Shown: piece by piece, positions 1 to 7,892 of the stretch
How the letters are laid out: every line of letters starts with the position of its first letter
Position numbering within the stretch: the first letter of the stretch is position 1
DNA from: Deinococcus radiodurans R1 = ATCC 13939 = DSM 20539
GTDB lineage: Bacteria; Deinococcota; Deinococci; Deinococcales; Deinococcaceae
Assembly (NCBI RefSeq): GCF_000008565.1
Contig: NC_001264.1
Span: 247,418-279,417, forward strand
DNA: 32,000 bases
Direction of reading: 5' to 3'
Made by a program: the position numbers and the translations under genes
Notes under the pieces: model-generated
The model's input: only the letters and a program-made list of their open reading frames with translations
Told to the model about the DNA's origin: nothing
The model's database searches: none

Positions 1-1
1 G

Positions 2-655
2 CTGCAAGTCCCCGAGGAAGAGGTCGTGCTGCAAATCGGCCACACCGACCTGCCGCTGGCGTACCTGGCGGGCGGCTCGACCGGCACCTACAACTGGGGC
101 AGCGCGGTGATGGTGGCCGCCGTCAATTTCCGCAGCCGGTACGGACAGACCCCGGCAGAAGGCGACGAGGCCGAGGGCAGCGCCCACTTTCCCGACGAGG
201 CCAAGAAGTACGCGCTCGACGCTTACGGCGCCCACTTTGCGGAGGTGAAGGTCAGCCGCGTGACCGGCGAAGTGCGCGTGACCCGCATGCTCGGCGTGTA
301 CGACGGGGGCCGCATCATCAACCCGCGCACCGCCAACTCGCAGTTCATCGGCGGGATGACGATGGGCATCAGCGCCGCGCTGCACGAGGAAAGTTACCTC
401 GACTCGCGCCCTGGCTACGGGCACGTGGTCAACAGCGACTTCGCCGGCTACCACATCGCCGCCAACGCCGACGCGCCGCAGGTGGAGGCCCGCTGGATCG
501 AGCACCCCGACCCGATGTTCGGCCCGACCGGCGCCAAGGGCATCGGTGAAATCGGCATCGTGGGGGTGCCCGCCGCCATCGGCAACGCGATCTACAACGC
601 GACCGGCAAGCGGCTGCGCGGGCTCCCCTTCACGCCCGACAAGCTGGTGGAATAA
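2..655 (+). CDS. Xanthine dehydrogenase/aldehyde oxidase-family molybdopterin-binding subunit, C-terminal fragment (5' end lies outside the window)
   Basis: The reading frame is open from the window edge (LQVPEEEVVLQIGHTD...). The C-terminal GAKGIGEIGIVGVPAAIGNAIYNATGKRLRGLPFTPDKL is typical of Mo-pterin large subunits. TAA stop at 653-655. Confidence 0.8.
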   Translation: MQVPEEEVVLQIGHTDLPLAYLAGGSTGTYNWGSAVMVAAVNFRSRYGQTPAEGDEAEGSAHFPDEAKKYALDAYGAHFAEVKVSRVTGEVRVTRMLGVYDGGRIINPRTANSQFIGGMTMGISAALHEESYLDSRPGYGHVVNSDFAGYHIAANADAPQVEARWIEHPDPMFGPTGAKGIGEIGIVGVPAAIGNAIYNATGKRLRGLPFTPDKLVE

Positions 656-699
656 CCGCCCGCGTTTTCCTGGCCCCTTTTCCCCACCGGGAGAGGAGG

Positions 700-830
700 T
701 TTTAAAGTTGACGGAATGAGATTTCGTCAGAGTTGGTCTGGATTCCCCCTCACCCCTTGCTGCGCAAGGCCCTCTCCCACCAGTGGAGAGGGTCAAAGAC
801 AGGCAATATTTTTCCTTGAAATTTTCTAGA
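700..830 (-). repeat. Small noncoding repeat (MITE-like), copy A, long variant, inverted relative to copy C
   Basis: Shares the blocks gtctttgaccctct and agagggccttgcg.agcaaggggtg with the copies at 15102, 22734 and 18826/20176. Degenerate termini ttttaaagttgacggaa / ttccttgaaattttctaga. Internal hairpin ccctctcc-N6-ggagaggg. Overlaps the TAG stop (826-828) of the FAD dehydrogenase gene. Confidence 0.7.
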
Positions 831-2490
831 GTGCCCCAGCAATCGCCCGACCCGCTGCCCGCCCGCTGAAGAGGCAGCCGCCGAGGAACGTGCCTTCCAG
901 CGCCCGGTAGCCGTGATAGCCGCCACCGCCGAAGCCCGCCACCTCGCCCGCCGCGTAAAGGTCGGGAAGGGGCTGACCGCCCGCGCCGATAACCCGGCCT
1001 TGCAGGTCGGTTTCGAGGCCGCCGAGCGACTTGCGGGTCAGGACACTCAGGCGCACCGCGATGAGGGGACCCTGCGCCGGGTCGAGCAGCGGCGCGGGTT
1101 TGGCGACGCGGGTCAGCCGCTCGCTCAGGATGGCGCGCGCCCCGCGCACGATGGCGAGCTGGGCGTCTTTGCCCGCCACGTTGTGCACTTGCAGGTCGCG
1201 GTCGAGCACCTCGCGCTCCACGGTGGCGTAGTCGAGCAGCTCACCGCCGGTCAGTTCGTTCATGCCGCGCACGAGGTCGCGCAGGTTATCGCGCACCACG
1301 AAGTCTTCGCCCCGGTCCATAAACGCCTGCACCGGTCCGGGGACGTGTTTGCTCGCCCGCCGCAGCGTCAGGCGCAGGTCTTTGCCGGTCAGGTCAGGGT
1401 TCTGTTCGCTGCCCGACAGTCCAAACTCGCGTTTGATGACGGCGCGGTTGAGCAGGAACCAGGTGTGCGGGTAGCCGTGGGTGGTGATGTGCCGCAGCGT
1501 GTCGTAGCTGCTCGCGCCGGGGATGTGGGGAAAGGGCAGGCGCCGCCCACTGGGGTCGAGCCACAAGCTGCTGGGGCCGGGCAGGATGCGAATGCCGTGC
1601 TGGGGCCACACCGGGTCCCAGTTGCGCACGCCCTCGGTGTAGTGCCACATGCGGTCGGGGTTGATGAGGCTGCCGCCCTGCGCCACCACCTGCTGCTGCA
1701 AGAGGCCGTCCACATGGCGTGGCACGCCCGAAAGCATGACCTCCGGCGCGGGGCCGAGGCGCTCGGTGGGCCAGTAGCGCCGCACCAGCTCATGGTTGCC
1801 ACCGATGCCACCTGACGTGATCAGCACCGCCTGCGCGGTCAACTCGAAGTCACCCGTGACCACGCGGGAACTGGTTTCGCCCCGGCCCACGTCGGACGGT
1901 TCGAGCACATCGCCGTGAACGCCCGTGACCCGGCCCGCCGTTAGGGTCAGGCCGCGCACCCGGTGGCGAAAGCGAAATTCGATGCGCCCCGCCCGCTGAT
2001 GCTCGCGCACCCGCCGCACGAAGGGTTCGAGGACACCGGGGCCAGTGCCCCAGGTGATGTGAAAACGCGGCACGCTGTTGCCCGGCAGCCCTGCGCCCGC
2101 GCCGCCGCGCTCGGCCCAGCCGACGGCAGGAAACCAGCGCATCCCCTGGCGGTGCAGCCACTCGCGCTTCTCGCCCGCCGCGAACTCCAGATACGCCTCA
2201 GCCCACTTGCGCGGCCAGTGGTCTTCGGGGCGGTCAAACCCCGCCGCCGTTTCCCAGTCGCGCCGGGCGAGGTCGAGCGAGTCGCGGATGCCCAGGCGCC
2301 GCTGCTCGGGGCTGTCCACGAAAAACAGGCCCCCGAACGACCAGTGCGCCTGCCCGCCGAGGTTCTGCTCGCCTTCCTGATCGAGAATCAGCACCCGCCG
2401 CCCCGCGTCGGCCAGTTCGGCGGCGGCCACCAGCCCGGCCAGCCCCGCCCCCACGACAATAACTTCCCCTTCCGCTTTGCGCGTCTCCAT
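826..2490 (-). CDS. FAD-binding dehydrogenase (predicted oxidoreductase, KsdD/COG3573-like)
   Basis: N-terminal Rossmann dinucleotide motif VIVVGAGLAGLVAAAELADAG...LDQE. C-terminal LYAAGEVAGFGGGGYHGYRALEG. AGGAGG Shine-Dalgarno upstream of the ATG at 2490. Confidence 0.8.
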   Translation of the reverse strand: METRKAEGEVIVVGAGLAGLVAAAELADAGRRVLILDQEGEQNLGGQAHWSFGGLFFVDSPEQRRLGIRDSLDLARRDWETAAGFDRPEDHWPRKWAEAYLEFAAGEKREWLHRQGMRWFPAVGWAERGGAGAGLPGNSVPRFHITWGTGPGVLEPFVRRVREHQRAGRIEFRFRHRVRGLTLTAGRVTGVHGDVLEPSDVGRGETSSRVVTGDFELTAQAVLITSGGIGGNHELVRRYWPTERLGPAPEVMLSGVPRHVDGLLQQQVVAQGGSLINPDRMWHYTEGVRNWDPVWPQHGIRILPGPSSLWLDPSGRRLPFPHIPGASSYDTLRHITTHGYPHTWFLLNRAVIKREFGLSGSEQNPDLTGKDLRLTLRRASKHVPGPVQAFMDRGEDFVVRDNLRDLVRGMNELTGGELLDYATVEREVLDRDLQVHNVAGKDAQLAIVRGARAILSERLTRVAKPAPLLDPAQGPLIAVRLSVLTRKSLGGLETDLQGRVIGAGGQPLPDLYAAGEVAGFGGGGYHGYRALEGTFLGGCLFSGRAAGRAIAGAL

Positions 2491-2555
2491 GTGGCTCCTC
2501 CTGTGATGTCGGTCTCAGAGCCTAGCGGAGCGCGGCGGGAGGGTCGGCGCAGAGG

Positions 2556-3449
2556 TTAGAGCGGAGTGAAACCCCACCCGTAAAAGCCCAGCACCAGCAG
2601 CTCGGCCACCACGATGAGCAGGCCGTAGACATCGCCGCTCAGGCCACCGCCGAGGCGCCGCGCGGCCCAGGCCGCCACCAGCGTCACGCCGAGCAGGGCG
2701 ACGAGCGCCGCCAGCCAGGCGTGCGGCAGCAGCAGCGCGGGCAGCGCGAACAGGAAGGCCAGCCCCCAGCGCCCCTGCCGCGACTGCGCGCCGAGCGATT
2801 CCTGCCGGGCGGCGGGGTAGGCGTTCATGGGCATCAGCACGACCATGCGCGCAACCACGGCAGCGACCAGCGGCGCGTACCACGGCAACCCCGCTCCCAG
2901 CAGGCTCCAGAGCAGCAGCAGCGCCAGCACCCCCGTCGCCAGGCCGAAGGCACCCACATGCACGTCCTTGAGGATGTCGAGCCGCTGCTCAGGGCTTTTC
3001 ATGGCGAAGAGGGCGTCCGCGCTGTCCACCAGCCCGTCGAAGTGGAGCATTCCCGTGAGCCCCAGCCACAGCCCCACGCCGAGGGCCGCCACCACGCCGG
3101 GCGGCAGCGGCACATTCAGGTAGAGCAGCCCCGCCACCAGCCCGCCCACCGCATACCCGGCGAGGGGGTAATAAGCACTCGCCCGCGCAAAATCGCCCGG
3201 CTGCACGTCGCGGACATGCGGCAGCGGCAATGTGGTCAGAAAGGCGAGCGCGAGGTGCAGCGCCTTGAATTCCTGTTTGCGCTTCCAGCCGTGAGGATGA
3301 CTCGGAGCGGCAGGCGCGGGCGCAGGCGTGATCGTCACCACCGGAGCGGGACTCGGCTGCACCACCTGCGAGTTGACCGGCGGCCCCCGGCGCTCAGGGG
3401 GAAAGTGGGGCGACTGGGGGGGCGGACCACGGCGGGGAGGCTGACTCAC
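2556..3449 (-). CDS. cobS: Adenosylcobinamide-GDP ribazoletransferase (cobalamin 5'-phosphate synthase) with a Pro/Ala-rich N-terminal extension
   Basis: The core [15 protein letters not shown]...[11 protein letters not shown]...[13 protein letters not shown] is CobS-like and polytopic. The GTG start at 3449 overlaps the cobT TGA (GTGA). Confidence 0.8.
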   Translation of the reverse strand: MSQPPRRGPPPQSPHFPPERRGPPVNSQVVQPSPAPVVTITPAPAPAAPSHPHGWKRKQEFKALHLALAFLTTLPLPHVRDVQPGDFARASAYYPLAGYAVGGLVAGLLYLNVPLPPGVVAALGVGLWLGLTGMLHFDGLVDSADALFAMKSPEQRLDILKDVHVGAFGLATGVLALLLLWSLLGAGLPWYAPLVAAVVARMVVLMPMNAYPAARQESLGAQSRQGRWGLAFLFALPALLLPHAWLAALVALLGVTLVAAWAARRLGGGLSGDVYGLLIVVAELLVLGFYGWGFTPL

Positions 3450-4543
3450 GCTGCGCCTCCGCCCGGCACCGCCGCTTCCTCGAAAGTCCGCATCTCGCGT
3501 AGGGTGGCCGCCGCGCCGCGCAGCAGCGGGAGGGCGAGCACGCCGCCGGTGCCCTCGCCGAGCCGCAGCCCGAGGTTGAACATCGGTTTCAGGCCAAGGT
3601 CAGCGAGCTGCGCCGCGTGCCCGCGCTCGGCGCATTCGCCCGCTGGAAAGAGGAAATCGCGCAGGGCCGGGGCCAGCGCCACGCCGACCAGGGCCGCCGA
3701 GCCTTCCACGAAGCCGTCGAGAATTACCGCCCGGCGCCGCGCCGCCGCCGCCAGCATCATGCCGAGCATGGCAGCTATCTCGAAGCCGCCGAACTCGGCG
3801 AGTACGTCCAGTGGGTCAGTCACGGCGGTGCGGGCCAGCGCCTCACGCACGACGTCCACCTTGTGCGCCAGCCGCTCGTCGTCCACGCCGGTGCCGCGCC
3901 CGGTCACGTCCGCCGGGTCCACGCCGAGCAGCCGGGCGGTCAGCGCCGCCGCCGGGGTGGTATTGCCGATGCCCATTTCGCCGGGAATGATGAAGTCGGC
4001 GCCCGCGTCCATGGCCCGGTCAGCGAGCGCGGCCCCGGCCAGCATCAGCGCGACGGTTTCCTCGCGGGTCATGGCAGCTTCGCGGCGCAGGTTGCGGGTG
4101 CCCCGGCGCCGGGCGGCGCGCGTAAGGGCCGGGTGCTCGGGCAAGTCGGCGTTCACCCCAGCGTCCATCACGTACACCTCGGCCCCCAGCGTGCGGGCGA
4201 GGGCACTCACCGCCGCGCCCCCCGGCCCAGCGGGCGTGTCGGCCAGAAAGTTCGCCACCATCGCGGGCGTGACCTCGGGCGGGTAAGCGCTGACCCCCTC
4301 GGCGGCGACCCCGTGGTCCCCAGCGGCCACCAGCACCGCCGCGCCGCGCGGCTCAGGCCGCTCCGTGCCGAAGACCCCGGCGAGCCGTACCGACAACTCT
4401 TCGAGGTCGCCGAGTGCCCCCGCCGGCTTGGTGAGCTGCGCCTGCCGCTCCCGGGCGCGGGCCATCGCTTCAGCATCGGCGGGCTGAAGGCGGCCCAGCA
4501 AATCGGTCAAAGCGGAAGAGTCGCGTCCTGTGTCCATCGCCAT
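3446..4543 (-). CDS. cobT: Nicotinate-nucleotide--dimethylbenzimidazole phosphoribosyltransferase
   Basis: Full-length CobT-like sequence with the GEMGIGNTT motif and C-terminal [10 protein letters not shown]. Adjacent to and overlapping cobS. Confidence 0.9.
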   Translation of the reverse strand: MAMDTGRDSSALTDLLGRLQPADAEAMARARERQAQLTKPAGALGDLEELSVRLAGVFGTERPEPRGAAVLVAAGDHGVAAEGVSAYPPEVTPAMVANFLADTPAGPGGAAVSALARTLGAEVYVMDAGVNADLPEHPALTRAARRRGTRNLRREAAMTREETVALMLAGAALADRAMDAGADFIIPGEMGIGNTTPAAALTARLLGVDPADVTGRGTGVDDERLAHKVDVVREALARTAVTDPLDVLAEFGGFEIAAMLGMMLAAAARRRAVILDGFVEGSAALVGVALAPALRDFLFPAGECAERGHAAQLADLGLKPMFNLGLRLGEGTGGVLALPLLRGAAATLREMRTFEEAAVPGGGAA

Positions 4544-4579
4544 AACGTCTGTTTTATCAGCCGCTCGGAGTTCAGCGCC

Positions 4580-6079
4580 TCAGCGCAGCAGCGACAGCAC
4601 GCCGCCGTACAACCCCATGAACGACGCTTCGTCGAGGGCCTGCGCGTCGTTCCAGGTCGCACTTACGCAATACGTTTTGCCCGCGCGGGTGGTGACCTGG
4701 GTGGTGAGGTTGAGCACACCGGGTTCGCTGCCGCCCTTGTAGCTCACGCGGGTAAAATCGTTTTTGTCGGCCACGCCGGGGTTGATGCTGGTGGCGGGGT
4801 CGGCGGCCACGTCGCGCATCAGCGCACACAGCCGGGGGGTGCTGACGAACCACTCCACATCGGCGGCCACCGGCCCGGCCCCAAAGGTTTCGGCGGTCGG
4901 GAGCGGCGCGCTGCGGGCCTGGGCCAGCACGGCGCGGCGGGCGTCGCGGTTGAGCCCAGCGGCGCGGTAGGCGGTGAGCAACTCGCGGTTCGCCGGGTTC
5001 TTGAGCGCAAACAGCTCGCGGGTGTCGGGCATGGCGCTCTGGCCCAGGCGGGCTTCGACCCCAGCGCGGCCCACGCGGGCGAGCAGCAGGTCGGTGGCGG
5101 TGTTGTCGCTCTGGCTGATCATGCGGTTGGCGAGGTCGCGCACCGTGTAGCGGCCCCCCGCGTCGGCCAGGGCCAGGGCGCCGCTCGGCAGGCTGCGGGC
5201 CGCTTCGGTGAGGGTCAGTTCCTCGTCCCAGCGCAGTTGCCCGGCCTGCACCTGCGCCTGGACTTCACCCAGCACCGCCAGCTTGAAAGTCGAACCGACG
5301 GCGAGGGGCCGCGACGTATTCAGAGAGCTGAGCACCGGCCCGCCCACCTCCTGCACCAGCAGGCTGACCCGCCCTGGCAGCGCGGCGAAGGCGGCCCGCG
5401 CCTCCTCCAGCGAGGTGAAACGCGGCACCACTGGCCCCACCCGCAGACCATCGATTTTGCCCGCCTTGTCGAGAGTCAGCAGGATAACCGGCACCGCGCC
5501 GCGCTCGTAGACGAGTTGCCAGGCCTGCGCGGTGGGCCGCACCTCGCGGAAAGCGCCGAGCTGGCCGCGGAAGGCGGCGAAGGTGTCGCTGAGCTGCTCG
5601 GCGGGCACGGCGGCCAGAAAATCGGCGCTCAGGAGGGACGCGTCGAGCGGGTCACTCGTCAGCAGCCGGGTCAGGACCTCGCGCCCGAGCTGTTGCTGCT
5701 CGGCGGTGAGGGTGGGCGCGGGCGGCTCAGCCGCGTTCAGCGGGGTCAGGCCCAGCGTCACGAAGCGGCCTTGGGCGTCGAGGGTCAGCCCCAACGCGAG
5801 GGTGCCGCCGGTAAACACCGCCACCTGCACCCCGCCGCGCCGTTCGAGCCGCTGAAAGGTGCCGTAGCTTTCGCGGAGGCTGCCGAACTGCGCCTGCAAG
5901 GCCACGAAGGGCACTTGCTGAAGCAGCTCAGGAGCAAACCAGCCCTCCTGAATCTCGCTCGCCGTCAGCAGCCGGGTCACGGCTTGCTCGGGCGTGAGGG
6001 CCGCCGGCTGAGCTGCCGATTGGGCCGCCCCCACGGAGAGAGAAGCGAATAGCGCCAGCAGCAGCAAAGAGCGGTTCAT
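4580..6079 (-). CDS. Secreted serine hydrolase: N-terminal region of about 260 aa of unknown function plus a C-terminal class A beta-lactamase-like domain
   Basis: Signal peptide MNRSLLLLALFASLSVGAAQSAA. Motifs SxxK (STFK) and SDN (SQSDNTA), with KGG in place of KTG. Confidence 0.7.
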   Translation of the reverse strand: MNRSLLLLALFASLSVGAAQSAAQPAALTPEQAVTRLLTASEIQEGWFAPELLQQVPFVALQAQFGSLRESYGTFQRLERRGGVQVAVFTGGTLALGLTLDAQGRFVTLGLTPLNAAEPPAPTLTAEQQQLGREVLTRLLTSDPLDASLLSADFLAAVPAEQLSDTFAAFRGQLGAFREVRPTAQAWQLVYERGAVPVILLTLDKAGKIDGLRVGPVVPRFTSLEEARAAFAALPGRVSLLVQEVGGPVLSSLNTSRPLAVGSTFKLAVLGEVQAQVQAGQLRWDEELTLTEAARSLPSGALALADAGGRYTVRDLANRMISQSDNTATDLLLARVGRAGVEARLGQSAMPDTRELFALKNPANRELLTAYRAAGLNRDARRAVLAQARSAPLPTAETFGAGPVAADVEWFVSTPRLCALMRDVAADPATSINPGVADKNDFTRVSYKGGSEPGVLNLTTQVTTRAGKTYCVSATWNDAQALDEASFMGLYGGVLSLLR

Positions 6080-6118
6080 GGCTTACTCTAGCGGGCCGGG
6101 CCAGCGAAAAACAGAATG

Positions 6119-6526
6119 TCAGGGAGTACGGTTCGCCGGAATGTCGGTCATCTCGGCGAGGCTGCGGCTCCCCAGGGTCGCCTCAATCTGGGCATACGTC
6201 TCGTCGAGCTGACGGTGCAGCGGACACAGCGCCCGCTCGTGCTCGGGCTTGCCGAGGGGACAGTGGCGGATGCGCGGCAGCGGATCGACCGCGTTCACCA
6301 CTTCCAGCACCGTGATGTCGCCAGCGGCGCGGCCCAGGCGGTAGCCCCCGTTTTTGCCGCGCTGCGCGGTGACCACCCCGGCCCGGACGAGTTGGCCCAT
6401 CACCTTGAACAGGTAGGGCGGCGGCACCTCCGAGAGCCGGGCGAGTTCGGCGGCGCTCAGGGCGCGGCCCTGCTCGGCCAGCATCACGGTGGCCCGCAGC
6501 GCGTATTCGGCGGTCTGTGAAAACAT
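6119..6526 (-). CDS. Rrf2-family transcriptional regulator (NsrR-like genomic context, divergent from hmp)
   Basis: MFSQTAEYALRATVMLAE...LSEVPPPYLFKVMGQLVRAGVVTAQRGKNGGYRL is an Rrf2 winged helix-turn-helix. I prefer the internal ATG at 6526, preceded by GGGAGGAGAAGAGG, over the track start at 6568. Confidence 0.85.
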   Translation of the reverse strand: MFSQTAEYALRATVMLAEQGRALSAAELARLSEVPPPYLFKVMGQLVRAGVVTAQRGKNGGYRLGRAAGDITVLEVVNAVDPLPRIRHCPLGKPEHERALCPLHRQLDETYAQIEATLGSRSLAEMTDIPANRTP

Positions 6527-6542
6527 CCTCTTCTCCTCCCCT

Positions 6543-6578
6543 CTGCCCACTGAATCTGGCCTGCCCACTGAATCTGGA
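6543..6578. repeat. 18-bp tandem duplication (ctgcccactgaatctggc / ctgcccactgaatctgga)
   Basis: Read directly: two adjacent units, 17/18 identical, just upstream of the Rrf2 ribosome-binding site. Confidence 0.9.
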
Positions 6579-6580
6579 GC

Positions 6581-6609
6581 TTGACATCCACTTTAGAGAG
6601 TCCTACCCT
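6581..6609 (+). promoter_or_regulatory. Putative sigma-70-type promoter of hmp (-35 TTGACA 6581-6586, 17-nt spacer, -10 TACCCT 6604-6609)
   Basis: Perfect -35 hexamer, canonical spacing and a TAnnnT-type -10, about 70 nt upstream of the hmp ATG. Confidence 0.45.
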
Positions 6610-6619
6610 GAGGCGTCAA
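6590..6619 (-). promoter_or_regulatory. Putative promoter of the Rrf2 gene (-35 TTGACG = 6619-6614, 18-nt spacer, -10 TAAAGT = 6595-6590), interleaved with the hmp promoter
   Basis: Hexamers read on the minus strand. The -10 lies inside the hmp spacer, and the hmp -10 lies inside this promoter's spacer. Confidence 0.35.
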
Positions 6620-6621
6620 AC

Positions 6622-6645
6622 AAAGTGGATAAAAAGGTCCACTTT
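6622..6645. promoter_or_regulatory. Perfect palindrome AAAGTGGA-N8-TCCACTTT, candidate Rrf2 operator (O2)
   Basis: 8-bp perfect arms between the hmp -10 and its ribosome-binding site. A second, imperfect copy AATCTGGA-N8-TCCACTTT at 6571-6594 overlaps the hmp -35. Confidence 0.45.
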
Positions 6646-6680
6646 AAAGCCCCCTCTTCCCCGTCCTGAGGAGCCCCCCC

Positions 6681-7892
6681 ATGCTGACCCCCGAACAGAA
6701 AGCCATCGTCAAGGCCACCGTTCCCGCGCTGGAAGCGCACGGCGAGACGATCACCCGCACCTTCTACGCCTCGATGTTCGCCGCGCACCCCGAACTGCTC
6801 AACATCTTCAACCCCGCCAACCAGCAGACCGGCAAGCAGGCCCGCAGCCTGGCGGCGTCGGTGCTGGCCTACGCGGCACATATCGACCATCCGGAGGCGC
6901 TGGGCGGCATGGTGGGGCGGATTGCCCACAAGCACGTCAGCCTGGAAGTCCTGCCCGAGCATTACCCCATCGTGGGCCAGTACCTGCTCGGCGCGATTGC
7001 CGGGGTGCTGGGCGACGCCGCCAAGCCGGAGATTCTGGACGCCTGGGCCGCCGCCTACGGGGAGCTGGCCGACCTGATGATCGGGATCGAGAAGGGCATG
7101 TACGACGCCGGAGCCGGGCAGCCCGGCGGCTGGCGCGACTTCCGGCCCTTCCGGGTCGCCCGCAAGGTGGCCGAGAGCCGCGTGATCACCTCCTTCGTGC
7201 TCGAGCCCGTGGGCGGCGGGGCGTTGCCCGCCTATCAGCCGGGGCAGTACCTTAGCCTGAAGGTGAAGGTGCCGGGGCAGGAGCGGTGGCAAATCCGGCA
7301 GTACAGCCTCTCGGACGCGCCGAGCCCGGACCACTACCGCATCTCGGTCAAGCGCGAGGGCGGCGGGCTGGTGTCGGAGTACCTGCACGGCGCGGTGCAG
7401 GAGGGCGACGAACTGCTCGTTCACGTTCCGGCGGGCGACTTCGTGCTGCAACAGAGTGAGCGCCCGGTGGTCCTGATCAGCGCAGGCGTGGGCATCACCC
7501 CGATGCTGGCGATGGTGCAGACGCTGGCCCAGGCGGGGTCGCAGCGGCCCGTCACCTTCATCCACGCGGCGCAGAACGGCTCCGTTCACGCCTTCCGCGA
7601 CGACGTGGCGCGGCTGACGCACGAGTACCCGCACTTTCGCAAGGTGGTCTTCTACGACGAGGCCGGCCCCGACGACCAGCTCGGCACCCACCACGACGTG
7701 GCCGGGCGCCTGAGCCTGGACGCCGTGCGGGGCGCGCTCCCGGCGGGTGAGGCCGAGTTCTACTACTGCGGTCCGGCGGGCTTCGCCGGGGCGGTGGAAG
7801 CCATACTCGACGACTTGCAGGTGCCCGCCGAGCGACGCTTTACCGAAACCTTCGGGCCGAGCCAGAGCTTCGCGCCGGTGATTCTGGGCTGA
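6681..7892 (+). CDS. hmp: Flavohemoglobin (nitric oxide dioxygenase)
   Basis: N-terminal globin domain (MLTPEQKAIVKATVPALEAHGETITRTFYASMF), FAD motif RQYSLS and NAD motif SAGVGITPM. GAGGAG Shine-Dalgarno 7 nt upstream of the ATG. Confidence 0.95.
   Translation: MLTPEQKAIVKATVPALEAHGETITRTFYASMFAAHPELLNIFNPANQQTGKQARSLAASVLAYAAHIDHPEALGGMVGRIAHKHVSLEVLPEHYPIVGQYLLGAIAGVLGDAAKPEILDAWAAAYGELADLMIGIEKGMYDAGAGQPGGWRDFRPFRVARKVAESRVITSFVLEPVGGGALPAYQPGQYLSLKVKVPGQERWQIRQYSLSDAPSPDHYRISVKREGGGLVSEYLHGAVQEGDELLVHVPAGDFVLQQSERPVVLISAGVGITPMLAMVQTLAQAGSQRPVTFIHAAQNGSVHAFRDDVARLTHEYPHFRKVVFYDEAGPDDQLGTHHDVAGRLSLDAVRGALPAGEAEFYYCGPAGFAGAVEAILDDLQVPAERRFTETFGPSQSFAPVILG

Noticed and set aside
656-699. 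Terminator for the Mo-pterin subunit gene in cgcgttttcctggccccttttccccaccgggagagg.
   Set aside because: No stem of reasonable length could be paired by eye. The T-runs are not preceded by a hairpin. The adjacent repeat element hairpins may serve this role instead.
4544-4579. Expected cobalamin riboswitch upstream of cobT.
   Set aside because: The gap to the preceding gene is only 36 nt, far too short for a B12 riboswitch. I saw no B12-box-like sequence in the neighbouring gaps.
3617-6052. Very long antisense ORFs in the track: 3617-6052 (+), 2721-4286 (+), 6603-8159 (-), 9331-10821 (+), 10926-13169 (+), 13853-15040 (-), 15443-17368 (+), 20845-22665 (+), 22817-24067 (+), 25192-27054 (+), 27283-28392 (+), 29349-31088 (+).
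   Set aside because: Each lies entirely opposite a gene with strong, full-length family signatures. Their translations are Arg/Gly/Ala/Pro/His-rich low-complexity sequence with no recognisable motif. Stop-free antisense frames are expected in DNA this GC-rich. They are treated as artefacts, not overlapping genes.
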